A stretch of 32,000 bases of DNA. Source: an uncultured Verrucomicrobiota bacterium. GTDB lineage: Bacteria; Verrucomicrobiota; Verrucomicrobiia; Limisphaerales; CAIMTB01. The stretch lies in the NCBI GenBank assembly GCA_942490575.1, contig CALNYA010000060.1, positions 1 to 32,000 on the forward strand. Direction: 5' to 3'. The position numbers and the translations under genes are program-made. Within the stretch, counting starts at the first letter, position 1. Each line of letters begins with the position of its first letter. The notes below the pieces were generated by a model that was not told the DNA's origin, made no database searches, and saw only the letters and a list, made by a program, of their open reading frames with translations. This document shows, piece after piece, positions 29,343 to 32,000 of this stretch.

Positions 29343-29569
29343 GTCTGTCAACTGGTGGGTGGTCGAACTCAGCTTCTCGGAAAGTTCCCAGATCGGTCCC
29401 ACATCGCGACAGCCCAAGTCCAGTCGGGTGTTCGCGGCCCGCCGGCCGGGTCTTGGGGCCGCGGCCCCCCACCGGACGCTGATCACACGCCGGGTCCCTC
29501 GGCGCACGCGGCGACCGAGCGGCAAAGCCAACGGACGGACCGCCACCGACATGGACGCGTTCGAGGCAT

Positions 29570-30667
29570 TCAGGCGCGCACGGCTCGGTTGTACCACCGG
29601 CGCGAGGCGTTGCACACGCGGCACACCGACAACATGACGGGCACTTCCACCAACACGCCGACGACGGTCGCCAGGGCGGCCGGGGAACCGGGGCCGAAGA
29701 GCGTGATGGCCACGGCCACGGCGAGTTCGAAGAAATTGCTGGCCCCGATCAAGGCGCCGGGAGACGCCACGTTGTGCGGCACCCGGAACCATCGCATGAG
29801 CAGGTAGGTCAGCCCGGAATTGAAGTACACCTGAAGCAGGATCGGAACGGCGAGGAGGAGCACGGCGAACCATTGGGTGGTCAGGTTCTCCGCCTGGAAG
29901 GCGAAGATGAGCACCAGAGTGGCCAGAAGGGCGATGATGGTCACCGGCTGAAAGCGAGGAAGAAGGGTCCCCTCGAACCAATCCGACCCGCGCGACCTCA
30001 AAAGCGTGGCGCGGGTGATCCAGCCGGCCGCCAACGGGATGACGATGAAGACCATGACCGAGGTGATGAGCACCTTCGCCGGCACGACGACCTGGGCGAC
30101 GCCGCAGAGGAACATCACGATCGGGGCGAAGGCCACGAGCATGACCAGGTCGTTCACAGCCACCTGGACCAACGTGTAGGCGGGGTCGCCATCCGTGAGG
30201 TAGCTCCACACGAAGACCATCGCCGTGCAGGGCGCCGCCGCGAGGATGATCAAGCCGGCGGTGTAGTTGCGCGCTGTCTCGGCGTCGATCCACCGGGAGA
30301 ACAGGGTCTGGATGAACAGCCACGCCAAGACGGCCATGCTGAATGGCTTGATCAGCCAGTTCACGAACAGGGTGACCAGAAGCCCCTTCGGCCGTCGGGC
30401 GATGCCTCCGATGGAGCCGAAATCCACCTTGAGCATCATCGGGTAGATCATGAGCCAGATCAGGACGGCGATGGGGACGTTGACCTGCGAGCCCCGACCG
30501 AACTCCATGCCGCTGAGGCTGGTCGTCAATCCAGGGGCCAGCTTGCCGATCAGAACCCCGACGACCATGCAGAGGAACACCCACAAGGTCAGGTAGCGCT
30601 CGAAGAACGCGAGTCGTTTGCGGGGCGTCGTCGTCGTCCCGGCGGTGGGGGATGTCGTGGTGCTCAT
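29570..30667 (-). CDS. acr3: ACR3 family arsenite efflux transporter
   Basis: ORF 29570..30667, 365 aa: ...FFERYLTLWVFLCMVVGVLIG...LMIYPMMLKVDF...LFVNWLIKPFSM...ILAAAPCTAMVFVWS...ASNFFELAVAVAI...VGVLVEVPVML. This is characteristic of Acr3/ArsB (BART superfamily). Confidence 0.92.
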   Translation of the reverse strand: MSTTTSPTAGTTTTPRKRLAFFERYLTLWVFLCMVVGVLIGKLAPGLTTSLSGMEFGRGSQVNVPIAVLIWLMIYPMMLKVDFGSIGGIARRPKGLLVTLFVNWLIKPFSMAVLAWLFIQTLFSRWIDAETARNYTAGLIILAAAPCTAMVFVWSYLTDGDPAYTLVQVAVNDLVMLVAFAPIVMFLCGVAQVVVPAKVLITSVMVFIVIPLAAGWITRATLLRSRGSDWFEGTLLPRFQPVTIIALLATLVLIFAFQAENLTTQWFAVLLLAVPILLQVYFNSGLTYLLMRWFRVPHNVASPGALIGASNFFELAVAVAITLFGPGSPAALATVVGVLVEVPVMLSVCRVCNASRRWYNRAVRA

Positions 30668-30716
30668 GGTGCCTTGTCGGAAATCCTCGAAGGAATCGTT
30701 TCGTGGACGTAGGTGG

Positions 30717-32000
30717 TCATGGATCGCGGGAGGTGGATGGGGCCTGGGAACCGAAGAACTGGCGAAGCCCCGCGGGTCCGACGGGTTCGTCGGCCACCCA
30801 GGGAACGACGGCGGTTCGGCTGGACCGGCGTTCGGAGACTTCGCGCAGGAATGGATTCTCCCCCGCCGCGCGCGCCGCCAGCACCGGGTCGCGCGTGCCG
30901 GAAGCGGCGAGGCTCTGGTTCACGACCCACGCGAAGGGTTCGATGCCGGCGCGGCGGAGATCCGCTTGAAGGTCGGCGGCTTCATGAACGGGCGTGGGCT
31001 CCGGGACCGTCACAATCAGCACCCGCGACCACTCCGGATCACGGAGCCGCGGCAGGAGTTCTCGAACCTCGTCCGGAAGGTCGCTCGCCTTGCGCGCGAT
31101 CTCCCGATGATAGGCCTCCGTGGCATCCAGAAGCAGGAGCGTGTGGCCGGTCGGAGCGGTGTCCAGGACGACGAATCGATCGGCGCCCAGCGCGACCGTT
31201 CGGGCGAAGGCGCGAAACACCGCGATCTCCTCCGTGCACGGCGAGCGCAGGTCCTCCTCCAGCAGAGCCAGGGACTCCGGATCCAACCCCCGGCCATGGG
31301 TCGCGAGAACCTGATCGACATACGCCTGGGTCTCCGCCCGGGGATCGATTCGACTGACCGCCAAGCCCTCGATGTTCCCCGCGGCGTGCGCCACGTGCGC
31401 CGCGGGGTCCGTGGTGCTCAGGTGGACTTGGAACCCCAATTCGGCGAGGCGGGCCGCGATGGCGGCGGCGATCGTGGTTTTCCCAACGCCCCCTTTGCCC
31501 ATCGTCAGAATCACCCCGCGGCCAGCCCGCGCGAGCAGGCCGACAAGGCATTCAAGGGACTCCGTCACGCCGGAGTCCGCGTGGGGAGTTGGGGGTATGC
31601 TCGGTGACACCGGCGGAGCGTCGCGCCTGAGCAAGGACCGGAGAGCCGTGATTCCGACCAGATTGTGGTGTCGCAGAGGAACCCGGATGACCTCCATGCC
31701 CTCAAGGAACTCGGCGTGCTGCCGGAGAGCGTTCTCGCCGCGGTGCTGGATCGCGAGAGCGATCGGGTCTCCGTTCCCGGCTTCGAAGACACCGTTGAGG
31801 ATCAGTCGCTGACGCCGAACCTCCAGGGCCGCCAGTTCCCGACTCGCGCGGCTGGCCTCCAGGAGCGAAGCCGGCTGGGGGCGGCTCACGAGGATCACGG
31901 TGCTTCGCGAGCCTTCCCGCAGCGCCGCCAAAGCGCCCTCGTACACCGCCCGTTGCTTTTCCAACCCCGCCAGCGGCCCCAGACAGGAGGTTCCGGAGCG
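30717..32000 (-). CDS. arsA: Arsenite-transporting ATPase ArsA, 3' portion (gene continues past the right window edge)
   Basis: The track ORF 30717..31964 stays open in frame to position 32000. It shows the end of the first half (...VILVSRPQPASLLEA...) and the second-half P-loop ILTMGKGGVGKTTIAAAIA. It also has the DTAPTGHTLLLLD signature and VTVPEPTPVHEAADLQADLRRAGIEPFAWVVNQSL. Confidence 0.9.
   Translation of the reverse strand, partial: RSGTSCLGPLAGLEKQRAVYEGALAALREGSRSTVILVSRPQPASLLEASRASRELAALEVRRQRLILNGVFEAGNGDPIALAIQHRGENALRQHAEFLEGMEVIRVPLRHHNLVGITALRSLLRRDAPPVSPSIPPTPHADSGVTESLECLVGLLARAGRGVILTMGKGGVGKTTIAAAIAARLAELGFQVHLSTTDPAAHVAHAAGNIEGLAVSRIDPRAETQAYVDQVLATHGRGLDPESLALLEEDLRSPCTEEIAVFRAFARTVALGADRFVVLDTAPTGHTLLLLDATEAYHREIARKASDLPDEVRELLPRLRDPEWSRVLIVTVPEPTPVHEAADLQADLRRAGIEPFAWVVNQSLAASGTRDPVLAARAAGENPFLREVSERRSSRTAVVPWVADEPVGPAGLRQFFGSQAPSTSRDP

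Overview
This is a high-GC chromosome segment from a diderm bacterium. Hand-counted 60-nt lines give about 70-77% G+C in core genes. Gene content and repeat style look PVC/Verrucomicrobia-like, but taxonomy cannot be verified from sequence alone. Most long ORFs in the six-frame track are antisense high-GC artefacts; I accept about 33 genes.

Gene order, left to right:
- an hflC/hflK-like SPFH pair plus an ABC-2 permease
- Zn-ribbon protein, kdsB and gmhB (LPS precursors)
- an Lrp-family regulator
- a bamD / lptE-like / bamB-like envelope cluster
- a cluster of REP-like hairpins
- PiT plus a DUF47 partner, divergent from pstSCAB-phoU
- a GT4 glycosyltransferase
- a roughly 7.8 kb accessory block (17.3-25.2 kb) bracketed by two direct copies of a short dispersed repeat
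- a redox/arsenic cluster: Tat-signal flavoprotein, ccdA, thioredoxins, ArsP-like permease, arsR, acr3 and partial arsA

The accessory block is the main point of interest.
1. It holds a two-gene operon I cannot assign to any named system. One product is a PfkB-like / AAA+ ATPase / tandem-RyR protein; the other is a SLOG (LOG/LSDAT-like) / tandem-RyR protein.
2. Divergent from that operon is a lower-GC phosphorelay: a REC-histidine kinase, a REC protein fused to a nucleoside 2-deoxyribosyltransferase/DNPH1-like domain, and a stand-alone DHp protein. A NUDIX hydrolase lies next to it.
3. Together these look like a nucleotide-centred signalling or conflict locus. That reading is inference.

I saw no rRNA, tRNA, CRISPR array, transposase or integrase. 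Three reading-frame breaks (two in the hflK-like gene, one in a thioredoxin gene) mean either indel-prone sequence or true pseudogenes, so exact gene ends should be treated with caution.
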